Source: Octopus bimaculoides
Lineage: Eukaryota
Assembly (NCBI RefSeq): GCF_001194135.2
Contig: NC_068987.1
Location: 90,235,573-90,299,572, forward strand
Length of the DNA stretch: 64,000 nt
Reading direction: 5' to 3'
Shown here: piece after piece, positions 1 through 11,310 of the stretch
How the letters are laid out: each line of letters begins with the position of its first letter
How positions within the stretch are numbered: the first letter of the stretch is position 1
The notes under the pieces: model-generated
What the model saw: only the letters and a program-made list of their open reading frames with translations
Told to the model about the DNA's origin: nothing
Databases searched by the model: none
Position numbers and translations under genes: made by a program

Positions 1-72
<72 letters not shown>

Positions 73-297
73 ACTCTCTCTCTCTGCCCCTGTTTGACAA
101 GCATCACTATCATACAAGCAGAGTTGTTCATTTACATTCTACAGCGAGAAAGATGTCTAACCAGGAGGAAGAATTACTTCCCATGGAAACAGGTTAGAAT
201 TGGCAACAGGAAGGGCATCTAGACATAGAAAAATCTGTCTCAACAAATTTCATCTGACTCATGCAACCATGGTGAAGAGGATATTAAATGATGATGA
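1..297 (+). mobile_element. 3' part of a SINE with internal (TG)n, central GGAAGGGCATC domain and RTE-type (ATG)n tail (family C)
   Basis: (TG)n at 1-71, then ...GGAAACAGGTTAGAATTGGCAACAGGAAGGGCATCTAG...TTAAATGATGATGA; same modules recur at 10960-11310 and 42480-42750. Confidence 0.7.
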
Positions 298-660
298 GAC
301 ACACACAAATATATATATCAGATTTGCGTTTGGCCGTACGGCTTTTGAATGTTGTTTTCACTGTCCATTTTTTCCTGTCTTGGTTTGTGTTTGCCACCTT
401 GGAATCCTCTGTGTAGTGGGTTGATCCACTACTCAGGAAGAGACTATTCTAGAGTACGTTCTGTCTTGTCTTCGAAACGTCTAGATAGAATAGAGACAGC
501 TGATGAAGGGATATTCCAAGTGGCTTTCCGTTTTCCTATGTGTTCGTTCCGTTGTCTGTAGTTTATTGTTCTAACGTCCTGTACCCTGATATGCATGTAT
601 ATACACATGTAGATGTAAGTATGTACATATATGTGTGTATACATGTATATATATTCTTTG

Positions 661-662
<2 letters not shown>

Positions 663-703
<41 letters not shown>

Positions 704-830
704 CACACACACACACACTTACACATGCATATCTATGTGTGTGTGTGTAAATACATACATATATACAAATGCAATCATATATACATATCATTTGTGTGTG
801 TGTGCATGCGTACGTGTGCGTGCATGTGTT
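663..830. repeat. compound (TA)n/(CA)n/(TG)n microsatellite
   Basis: direct reading. Confidence 0.95.
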
Positions 831-1512
831 TATAAAGAACAAACTTCATAACCACAAAGCCATGTTCTTTTGCCTATAAAAGAGGACACTTGGATGTTTG
901 CACAATGGATTGGTTCTGTGACTCATTCTTCAAATCCAAACTGTGTAAAACCAAGAAGATACATTTTTTATATTTTAAATAAAACCTAAATTATTTATTA
1001 GTGTGTGTATGTGTATACACACGTGCAAGCAAGTATGTTTGCTGATGCCCATATACACAGTTACACTCATCAAAGAAACCTTATTGCTATTCATTTTGTG
1101 ACACTAAACTCCACAAATCAGTGGTTTTGACCAAGAGAAAACAATAAATACTAGATTGAGATTGGCGTCGAGGTTGATATAATTGACCAAAATATTTCAA
1201 AGGAATTGAAGTGTAAATCATGCAGCTATCTTTATACATTGCTTTTGTATATAGTGTTTATCACATTGTTGATTGTTTGAAGATATTTTAGAATAGATCT
1301 CTTCTCTTTTATTCCGTCAGTTGATATTTATCAGTACCATCACTACCGTTTTTTTTACATCTTGTTCTACGTTTGGTGTAGCTAGCCATCTTATGGCACC
1401 TGTAATCAGTGTAAAGATTTGTGCCAAGCCAACCAACAGGATACCTGGGGATTGACCAAACGTGAGAAGGTTGGATAATATCCACAAACTCAGATGGCCA
1501 TGCTTTAGAAAT

Positions 1513-1792
1513 CTAGCAGAAAAGTGTGATGATGGCTGCTTCTGATAGAAACTCTATAGAAGAGGGACTTGAGGACTTTACCCCCAACAACTTTCCCAGG
1601 AATAGTGGGTGGAGAAAACAGATAGATGGATATAAAGGTTCGTTTTGGGGACTTTCTTTCAGAATTATTTTAACTAATTCTATCTTCACACATTCTTCAG
1701 AAATTTTATTATCACTTGATTTCAGTTTTGGTATACAATTTGATATTAGGAAGAAAGCTTTGATATCGAAATTACACAAGGAGACTCTTATT
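1513..1792 (-). CDS. candidate exon of an unidentified gene (IRVSLCNFDIKAFF...ELVKIILKESPQNEPLYPS...)
   Basis: cag acceptor at 1795-1793 and about 92 open codons in AT-rich DNA; the opposite strand is also open, no motif is recognised, and the acceptor lacks a pyrimidine tract. Confidence 0.2.
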
Positions 1793-2594
1793 CTGTGTGT
1801 GTGTGTGCGTGCGTGTGTGCGTGCGTGTGTAATAAATATCTGCTCATCCTTTCTTTCAAGGCACTGTATAGGCATCTTTGTGTATTTGGGGTTTTTAAAG
1901 CTGCGAGTGCCTATTTCTCTCCAGGACTTTCCACAGCCAATGCTTTCCGAAGAGGAAGGGACAGAAAAGGAAGAGAGAGAAAGAAGAGAAAGAAAAATTG
2001 TATGTTAAAAGATATTAAAAAAAAAAAAAATGAGCCTCGATGAGATTTGAACTCAGAAAGCAGAAAACTAAAACAAATACCAAAAGTCATCCAAACAAAT
2101 AATGTAACAACTCTGTCAATTGGCTCCTTTATATGAATATTTTATAGATACACACACGCACACGCATGTACTGAGGTTTCTGTTATCAGATGACTTCATA
2201 TTTATTCACACCTATCTACCGAGCTTATAGCCAAATACCCAATATCTTGTGGCTTACCTTGGCAATAGTAATAATAATAATAACAACAACAACAGTAATA
2301 ATAAATAAATAAACAAAGAAGCAAACAGAAAGCTAATATTTCTTTAGATCTTTTCCTGCTGACTGAAGAAACGACATGCTGTTAATGAAAATATTTTCTG
2401 ATTAATTTGTTAAAGGGGAAAATTTCTAAGTGTCTGCAAGTCAGAGCTTTGGTATCTTCATGGTTGGATGAACTGACTGGCTGGTTGGCTGGCTGTCTTG
2501 ATTACTGTAAAGCCCTTACATCATCTGTATTGCTCATGCTTTGTGATGGCCCAGTTTCTAACAAATGCTTTGTAACTTTGATAAGAAGAAAGCT

Positions 2595-2682
2595 GACAGT
2601 GACAGCGAAGTTTTGGCCTGTTTAACCTTCATCAGACAGTCTGACGAAGGCTATGGCTGGTCAAAGCTTCAAAGTCACAGTC
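2595..2682. ncRNA. pair of degenerate type-I hammerhead-ribozyme-like folds, one per strand (Penelope/retrozyme-like terminus)
   Basis: plus: stem I GACAGT(2635-40), CTGACGA, stem II, AAA (G12 mutated), stem III, GTC(2674-76), ACAGTC; minus: GACTGT, CTGATGA(2635-2629), stem II, AAAAC, GTC(2603-2601), ACTGTC; AATAAA at 2705-2710. Confidence 0.55.
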
Positions 2683-3227
2683 ACCCGTTTTCATGCAAAT
2701 GCTTAATAAATATGTATTTTACAAAAAAAAATATTGAGTAATTTTTCAGCTTAATGATTAATTGTTTTTATTATAACTCAAAAAAAAAAAAATGTTAATA
2801 CACACACATACAGACACGCACACATACATACAGTGCACGTGTGGTGAAGAACAGAGAACAAACAAAAATGCAACATGATTGGATAAGTTCACAATCAAAC
2901 TTATTAGTTTCACACTCAGTCAATGTCTGGAACATGACAGCAATTAATTCTTTCCATTTCTCTGTCTTCGGAATAAAGTGTAGAATGGAAAAAGAAAAAA
3001 ATAAATAAAGATGCAAAAATAAAATGAAAGGAGCAATCCAGGTGAAAATACCTGTGTTTAGCAGGTCTACACACATGCATACATGTTTGTTCTCTTCTGT
3101 TTTTAAATGTTTGATATTTTCCTCTGAGGAAGGAGATAGTTTCTAACAAAGCCCAATCACTGGAACATAGACAAATTCCTATGTTGAACTCGAAAAAAGT
3201 CTTGCATATTTTTACTGTTCCACTTAC

Positions 3228-3371
3228 TGATTGTATTTGTAATATGTGAATTAGCTGGTTGGTTTCTTTTTCTGAAATCCCCAGATTGTCCTCATTTAAG
3301 CATTGACTCACAAAGCCAAGTGCATCATTTTTTATTGGTAAGAATGTGAATTTATATTCTGGATAAAAAAG
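3228..3371 (-). CDS. candidate 144-nt exon (LFYPEYKFTFLPIKNDALGFVSQCLNEDNLGISEKETNQLIHILQIQS)
   Basis: ccag acceptor at 3372, strong gtaagt donor at 3227, phase 0-0, open frame; no homology recognised. Confidence 0.25.
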
Positions 3372-3649
3372 CTGGAGGTTTCAAAGCAGTTGTCCATAGT
3401 TATCCCTTTGATTTTTGAAGAGATATTCATATCAGCAGGAAAGCTGATTTCTATGACAGTACCTGTTCTTTCTTGTCTGTCTCAAACAACGATGTCTGTT
3501 CCTTCTTATGCATAAGATGAATATGTACAAACCAAAAAGCCCTTAATATATTATGTAAGGTGTATATTTGTTGGTAAGCTCTCAAGGACTTACACAGACA
3601 TTACTTAGAGTTTCATGAACACAAAAGTACATTTAATCAACCGATTTAT

Positions 3650-3869
3650 GTTGTGTTTAGCAAGAAAGTAGATAAAGCTCTCTTTCCGTCAGGTAAGTGG
3701 CCATGCACAGTATGGAGAAAAGGTGTTGGGAAGAATGCTATTTGATGCAGTGGGATCACAGGTATGTTAACAGAGAAAGTAGTGTGTGTTTGTGGCTGAA
3801 GCACAGGGAAAATAAACACTGACGGCACAAAGGAATTAGGTTCTCTCAAATGCCCAGGAGGCTTCCTTG

Positions 3870-3872
<3 letters not shown>
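3650..3872 (+). pseudogene. decayed RTE LINE ORF fragment (PHD-like zinc-finger region)
   Basis: translates as SKKVDKALFPSGKWPCTVWRKGVGKNAI*CS..GMLTEKVVCVCG*STGKINTD, colinear with the LINE ORF at 53708-53977. Confidence 0.8.
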
Positions 3873-3901
<29 letters not shown>

Positions 3902-3909
3902 GTTGTTGT

Positions 3910-4578
3910 TGAGTGAGAGAGCAGCACATGCCATCAAAGTGACACTAGAGTAAAATATACGAAGCCCATTATACCCATCATGACTACCTGTCTGATAAGG
4001 GTACACCAAGCACATGCATCACAACCATATGTGCGTGACATGGTGATCTGATATCAAGATAAGCAGCACATGACCTTGCAGTTGGGGCCCAGTTAGAATT
4101 TTATTCAGGTCGAGTAGCCCATCCTGCTCAAATGGTCCTTGAATAAGATTCGTTTAAAGATGTTGAATGAAACTCATGTTTCCAGAGGTGAATTATTCAA
4201 ACCCCAAGGAATTCCTCTCAACACATGGCTATGATACTCCCCCACTACTTCTGCTCATGATCAGAGATGCACATATCGCCAGCCAGTAAGGGACATGCTC
4301 AACTGGTTAAGGTCAAACAACTGACAAGCAAATCTGTGGTATTGAGCAGAATATTTGTTGTAGCCCATCTTTTATACCAAGACAAAACAATGTATATGAT
4401 AACACTTCCAATCAGTTAAGATCAGAAGCCATGAGAACCACTGCCTGGTACTGTCTCAAGACATTGTGGTATTGAGAAGAATATTTGCTGTAGGCCATCT
4501 TTTATACCAAGACAAAACGATGTACATGATAACACTTCCAATCAGTTGAGATGAGAAGCCATGTGAGCCATTGCCTAT
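3910..4578 (-). mobile_element. non-coding interspersed element flanked by (TAA)n on both sides, with an internal ~130-bp tandem duplication
   Basis: (TAA)n at 4579-4601 and (AAC)/(AAT)n tail at 3879-3909 on the minus strand; 4336-4448 repeated at 4466-4577. Confidence 0.55.
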
Positions 4579-5211
4579 ATTATTATTATTATTATTATTA
4601 TAGTATACCAGCCAATCAGAGATGAAATATTCCTGCATTAAACTCAACACCAGAAACCTATAAAAGATTTGCTTATTTTACAGTGCTCTAACTACTTATA
4701 AACCGATTTCTTGTGGATCATTGGAATGTTAAGTGTCTCAGTCATACAACATGAGAACTAGCAATAAAATACAAATTACCAAGCTTCTTTGGTGATTGTC
4801 CACCACAATATCCACGTTACCATTCATGTTCATAAGAAATATATGAAAAAAAATATAGACATAGGTTTTAAATGTCATCCTAATGTATAATGTGACTTAC
4901 ATTTCACCAAGAGAACTAAAGGAAAGTTAATTCAGTTGTGGCTGAAAGTGTTCGTATAGTATTTCATAGCTCTACGATGATTTTGTTATCTTTAACTTAA
5001 GTGTTCTGAGATATGTTCAAGAGAGAAAGAGAGAGAGAGAGATATGGTCATGATGTATGTTGGCCAAGTCTACCTGAACATATTTGGCAACAGCCCAGAG
5101 TATATATAGCACAAGTGTAAGATATTTAGTTCTGGTCAATTACACCAATGAACTGATGTTTTGTGTATCAAATTAAATCTAATTGGAGCTGAGGATTGAT
5201 GATCAAGTAGT

Positions 5212-5352
5212 CTTCATCAGCAAACAATCAATCAAGTAGTTTGCATAGCAACAAACAATCAATCAAGTAGTTTGCATAGCAACGAGCAATCAATCAAGTA
5301 GTTTGCATAGCAACGAGCAATCAATCAAATAGTTTCCATAGCAACAAACAAT
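5212..5352. repeat. 31-bp tandem minisatellite, about 4.5 units (AATCAATCAAGTAGTTTGCATAGCAACAAAC)
   Basis: GTTT(G/C)CATAGCAAC starts at 5239, 5270, 5301 and 5332 (31-bp period). Confidence 0.95.
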
Positions 5353-5750
5353 CACTCTTAAATAGAGGCGCAATCTCTTTGAAGTACAAACTGGAAGAGA
5401 TTAGAGTTTATAAGTCAAGTACACTTTCCCCCACAAAATAAAGTTTAAGAAGTGAGACCCAAAGTGAAATACCTACCACAAAAACTAAAACCAGGTCAGC
5501 CTCAGACTTGCTGAGAGCTTAATTAAATGTCTTGTCCTGGCACAAGAGTAAGGGAGGGGGTAATAAATGTGTGTTTTTGTTTCTATCAAATAACCTCTTC
5601 GTTTCATGACCAATACGCCTCCTGGGTTGCAATTAATTTTGAAAATAAAGCGTTTGGATAGATTTACTAAAACAACCTTTACATTACTTTGCTGCAAGGA
5701 ACATAACTTATAGTTTATATATAAAATTACAATGGTATTTATTTGAAATA

Positions 5751-5945
5751 CTCTTTTACTTGTTTCAGTCATTTGACTGCAGCCATGCTGGAGCACCACC
5801 TTTAGTCGAGCAAATCGACCCCAGGACTTATTCATTGTAAGCCTAGTACTTATTGTATTGGTCTCCCTTGCCGAACCGCTAAGTTACTTAAACACACCAG
5901 CATCGGTTGTCAAGCGATGTTGGGGGAACAAACACAGACACACAA

Positions 5946-5976
<31 letters not shown>

Positions 5977-5979
5977 TAC

Positions 5980-6016
<37 letters not shown>

Positions 6017-6170
6017 CGACGGGCTTCTTTCAGTTTCCATCTACCAAATCCACTCACAAGGCTTTGGTCAGCCCAAGTCTATAGTAGAAGACACTTGCCC
6101 AAGGTGCCACACAGTGGGACTGAATCCGGAACCATGTGGTTTGTATGCAGGCTACTTACCACACAGCTAC
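5751..6170 (-). mobile_element. tRNA-derived SINE family A (CORE-like CACCTTGGGCAAG segment, internal TA/TG microsatellite, GACTGAAACAAGTAAAAGAG tail)
   Basis: B-box-like GGATTCAGTCC, full modular match to copies at 26997 and 47343. Confidence 0.9.
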
Positions 6171-6875
6171 AACACTTTAAAGCAAGGTCGGTTCCTATGA
6201 CAGCATCAAGGATGGTTACAGGAATATTGTTATTAAAATAGTCAAATGATGTGAAATAACAACGAATGGAGATCAAAGCCAGGTCATGGACTTAATTTGT
6301 TTAGCTTCTAAGAAGTGAAAGGATGTAACTGTATGAAGGTATTGGATTACCAACAGATAGGTTTGGAGTTCAAATCCACTGCTGGCGTGTGGGTAAGATA
6401 CTTAACTCTATTTAACTTTACATGTTGGAAATAGGAAACACATCAGTTAATGTTTCAGAAGACAGGCTGATTTCCTCTCTAGAGAGAGAAGGAGATTTAT
6501 CTCATTTCAACCACTTTATACCTGCTGACTGGAGTAAAGCATCAGCCCTTAAAAGCCTTTCAAAGTTAAAATCCTTTACTGCCTTGTGCATTTATAACAC
6601 CTTGTATTAACTGTGAGAAAGAAACTGATCTTACAACTGAAGTTTTAGTATGATGCTATGCTATGCATGGTTGCAACATGTGTAGAATAATGCATTCTTA
6701 TACAAGCGACATGAAACCTCAACTTTTTTGAGAGTGGGGGTGGGAGAGAGGAAGAAATTGGCAGTTGTAATGTTTGTTTCTCAAGGAAGATGGGTGAAAA
6801 CTAATGGGTTGAAGTGGAACTTGAAATTGAGATAAAAATTTAAAAAAAAAAAAAAATCTGCTTCACACCAATTAC

Positions 6876-6913
<38 letters not shown>
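6876..6913. repeat. (AAT)n microsatellite
   Basis: direct reading. Confidence 0.95.
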
Positions 6914-6915
<2 letters not shown>

Positions 6916-9819
6916 TTGAGAAAGTCCATTTTCTGTCTTTTACTTTCTCTTTTCATTTTCTGTTCCTTATTATAATCATTATTTTTGTTTTTACTCAGTT
7001 TTTATTCATTTATTTTATTTTATTCCTATTTTTACTCTTCACCTCATACTTTCTCATTTCCCACTTTCTGCAAGGAAAACATTAGCAGACAGCATCTAAA
7101 TGCCAAATGTGAATCTAAATCTTAACCAGCCTAGAATGATGGTAGGTTTCCTATTTAGAATTATTGATAAACAGGTCTTGAGAAGCAAAAATCAGGCCGA
7201 GAAGCTGCAGTTAGAGAAATATTAAAAGATAAATGTGACAGGAAGCTTTTAATAGAATAATCATCACAAAAATCCAACCAGAAAGCATAAGAATATTCAA
7301 ACTGTCAGTGGATTTTCTTCAGAATTAACTCATCAAAGAAGGAAAGGCAAAGATCAGAGCATATTCAGAACTTCTCAGATGTGGCACAGGTCATTCTATC
7401 AGGTGTAATGCTTTGTTATTCTATTTTGAATTAACCATACATTATATCATAGCTTCAGAATTTCAATGATGTCAGTGTCTATTTTTGAAATGACATTGTA
7501 GGGTAGGTACAAGAGGCCAGATCTGGTTGGTTTGAACATAAAATAGATTGAATGTTTGGACTGGTTGTGACCAGTTAAAATGTTAGAGAACTAATTCCAA
7601 TTTCTATACATTTTAACACTGAACAGATGAGAAATAATTTTTCCAGCCTGTTTCAATTAGCATTGCTCGAAGGTCTGGAACCTAAAACCTCAACAGTCAT
7701 TTGAACTGCTAGAAAGAATAGGAAAATCCCCTCCCCACCAAATTATTATACTCTTCCGTCTTAAACAAAAAGGGAAAGATAAAGTTGCCCCAGATACATT
7801 ATGTATGGCAGTGATGTGGTGGTGGGGATCCTATTTCATAGTTGTAATGGCTTTGAGCAGAGATTTATATTAGCAGGGTTGACCTAGAAGTAAACATCAA
7901 CAGTTGGTTCTTTCATTATAGATTCAACTGATCAAAGCTGACCTCAGGCTAAAATAACAAAATGTAGCAGAATATTAATGTAGTGAAAAAAAACAACAGG
8001 TTATTGAGGTTTCAAATAAAAAAGTATAAATAAAAACGACAGTCCTGATCAAACAAACCTATGATCAGAGGCCTTCCAACTGTGACAATCCCATCTTTTT
8101 AATGTGTTGTGTTGAGGATTATATTTTTGAAAACCTTTTGTTAGATTTCTGTTGAAATTCACTGCTTTTGTTTCAATTAATTTCAGGAATAACGAAGAAC
8201 TTAATAGAATAACTTTATCATTATTCAGCTGGTGTTTGGAACAGAAATTAATATAAAAATTTTTATGTAAGCTTTGAATTCTGATCATTTTAAAACAAGT
8301 TGTAACACAGAAACAAGAGTTGTGTCAGACAGGCTGGCATCAAAAGATTTAATGTACTCTTGCTTTTTTTTTTATCTTTGAGTTGTGATTTGAGGGAAAT
8401 TTACTTGTTATTTTTAGCATGTTGACTTGACTGGTGCAGAAGTAAAAATCAAAATTTTAAAAAAAATGGGAAAAAGTTCTGTGGGAAGAAAATAAGAATG
8501 AGTAGAAGAAAGAAAAAGTTTATTGGAGAAGTTATGAAATTATATAAATAGATGAAGATTAGAGGTTGTTATATTTCATGAGATTCTGAAGTAAAAGGTT
8601 ATAGGAAAATACCAGTGAATGACATGGAAAAGAAGAGAGAAAATGGCAAATGTTGAATTGAGTAATATCACTTTAATGTAAACTAGTAGCCTCTATCACC
8701 AAATGTAAATGTGAATCACCACCACCACCACCACCATCATCATTATTCACCACCACCTTAACGCTATCACCATCATTATTAATTTCTCTGTGCTTGCATG
8801 AGATGGATGGGTGTTGCAGTATGACATATCACGTTTCCTTTCCATCCTGTGCCATCTTGTCTGCGAGCCTCAGATGTCATCTTAGATAACCATAACCCTG
8901 TCCACCATTTCATTAGCCTTCTTTTATTTCTCGTTCTTCAAACAACCATTAATCCACTACAAAGCTCAAACAAGACATGCAATAGACTACTACTGCTGCA
9001 GTTACATGTACATACATCGGAGACTCAATCCAAAACTGGCCTCTCAACCAATTAACAAACAGTTACAACATGGCTACTACAACCATTGACCCACTGACTT
9101 CCTGCTCTCTCTTTTTCATACCTTTTATACCACCACTACAACAGCAGCAGCTCCCCAGATCCAGCTTGGCTCACGTTCTCTCTACTTAAGAGACCTCCCA
9201 ATCCATTCATCTCTCCCTCTCATTGCCTATACTGTGTTCACACATCATTCCCCTATACTCTACCCTAACATTATGACCATCTTTCTCCCTAAAACGTTGG
9301 CCTTCTGCAATTTCCTCCCAAACCACATGTTTTTCCTGCAGATACCAACTTACATCTTACAAGACACATATTGATCTCAACGAACTTGCAAGGCCTGGAA
9401 CAGTCATGGACACAGGACCTCCTTCTAGACACCCCTATCCTGACTTCTCTCAATACACACACACACACATACACAGAGGGACCGCTTACCATAGTTACAG
9501 AACAGTTATTGTTATCCAAATTACTTTATCCTAAATACATCATCATCCAGCATGAACAACAGATATTAAATGATGATGATGACTTGCTTTAGAAAATAAT
9601 TTTAAAAATTATCAGCTTATTAGACTCAAAGCTCTTTAAGTGGCTCAGTGGGCTGGCAGTATTAGGGGGTGGGGGTGTTTCTCAATCAGCATTTAACATC
9701 CACTTTTCCATAGTGCAATGCTTTTCCTGTTGCCAACTGTCACCTGTTTCCAGGTAAGGCAATATTTCCCCACAACCAGGTATGTTTTTCATGGAAGACT
9801 GGAAGTGCGGAAACTGAAA

Positions 9820-9930
9820 GAAGCCTGTCGTATGTGGAGCCTGGTGTTGCCATCTGGTTCACCAGTCCTCAGTCAAACCGTCCAACCCATGCTAGCATGG
9901 AAGGCGGATGTTAAACAATGATGATGATGA
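9820..9930 (+). mobile_element. RTE-type 3' tail fragment
   Basis: CAAACCGTCCAACCCATGCTAGCATGGAAGGCGGATGTTAAACAATGATGATGAT, matching the 3' end of the LINE at 52790. Confidence 0.8.
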
Positions 9931-10023
9931 TATATATATATATGTATGTGCATGTGTGTGTGTCTATGTTTGTGCTCCCAACGTTGCTTTTTCCTCAAGG
10001 TGCCATGCAATAGGATTGAACCT

Positions 10024-10405
10024 GGTTCAATCCTATTGCATGGCACCTTGAGCAAGTGTCTTCTGCTATAGCCTCAGACCAACCAAAGCCTTGTGAATGG
10101 GTTTGGTAGAGGGAAACTGAAAGATGCTTGTCATGCACGCACGCACACACATACACATGTAAACACACCTGTAAATATCTATGAGTGTGTGTGTGTGGGT
10201 CTGTGTATTTGTTCACTGCCATGGCTTGACAACTGGTGCTGGTGTGTTTATGTTCTCATTCCCAAGCAGTTTGGCAAAAGAGACTGATAGAATAAGTAGC
10301 AGGCTTAGAAATAAAATAAGTACTGGGGGCAATTCATTCGACATGAAATCCTTCTAGGTGGTGCCCCAGCATGGCCACAGCCTAATGACTGAAACAAGTA
10401 AAAGA
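10024..10405 (+). mobile_element. SINE family A copy whose 5' end is replaced by an inverted duplication
   Basis: GGTTCAATCC...CACCTTGAGCAAG...GACTGAAACAAGTAAAAG; 9994-10022 is the exact reverse complement of 10024-10052. Confidence 0.85.
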
Positions 10406-10959
10406 TAATATGGTGTAATACTTTAGGAAACAGACCTGCTGTAGAAAGATCAGTGCTCCCTAATGAGAAGGTAGATTATAAGAGAGTATGTTCAGGTAAA
10501 CAGAGTGAATTCCAGTTAGCATAGGAAATTTGGTTTGCCAATGTTTGTGGAATAAATGCTTCAATTAATGAAGTGGAAGGTTTTGAAGCAAAGACAAAAA
10601 AAAAGGGTTGGAGGTAAAGAGAAAAAGTTTCATAGCAACAGATGAATAGTCTTAATAAGTTGTACAAGTGAGAGAGCATTGAGAAAAGCACCTTCATGCT
10701 GAGAAAAATGTGGGGTTTTTATGTCAACTGAAGTTTGAGGGGATATATTTACACAGAAAAAGAAACAGGATTTTATCTTCATACAATGACCAAGCTTATG
10801 TGTAACTATTTTGTAAATGTATTTCTAATGAAATGTTCTATTCATATATTTCATTTAATTTTGAAAATAATTAATAATTTAAAGGGATTAATAACAAAAA
10901 TTAATTCTACATAATTGATGTTTGGAACATAACTTAGCAAAAGGTTTTTACATAAAGTT

Positions 10960-11310
10960 ATGAGTTGTGACTGTGTGCAAAGACATTTGCTTCCCATCCA
11001 CATGGTTCTGGGTTCAGTCCCACACTGTAGCATCTTGGGTAGGTCTTCTGCAAACTTTGTGAATGGATGTAGTAGATGGAAACATGTGTATATATGTATG
11101 AGTGAGTGTATGTTTGTGTCCCCTGTGATTATTGTAAACTAATGTTATTCATTTCTAATCTTCTGTGAAAATATGTCTGTCCATAGGGAGATATATTACC
11201 TTGCTTGGAAGCAGGTAAGAGTTGGTGACAGGAAGGGCATCCAGATGTAGAAAATCTGCCTTAATAATCTCCATCCAATCCATGCAGAAATGGAAAAGTG
11301 GATGTTAAAC
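10960..11310 (+). mobile_element. SINE family C (tRNA head, GGAAGGGCATCCAG domain, RTE-type tail)
   Basis: GGTTCAGTCCCAC head; GTTGGTGACAGGAAGGGCATCCAG; ATGGAAAAGTGGATGTTAAAC end. Confidence 0.75.

Noticed and set aside
4-851. Poly-CV, poly-YI, poly-HT, poly-RE, poly-I and poly-LS ORFs here and throughout the track
   Set aside because: They are translations of microsatellites.
1526-2008. 160-aa plus-strand ORF (longest non-repeat-looking ORF)
   Set aside because: It runs through (TG)n and a purine tract, overlaps an equally open minus frame, and has no recognisable motif.
3661-3692. Plus-strand micro-exon with a perfect CAG/GTAAGT donor
   Set aside because: It lies within the RTE ORF remnant and reads through as LINE protein.
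9280-9450. Possible decayed RTE endonuclease N-terminus on the minus strand
   Set aside because: Resemblance is too faint to support without an alignment.
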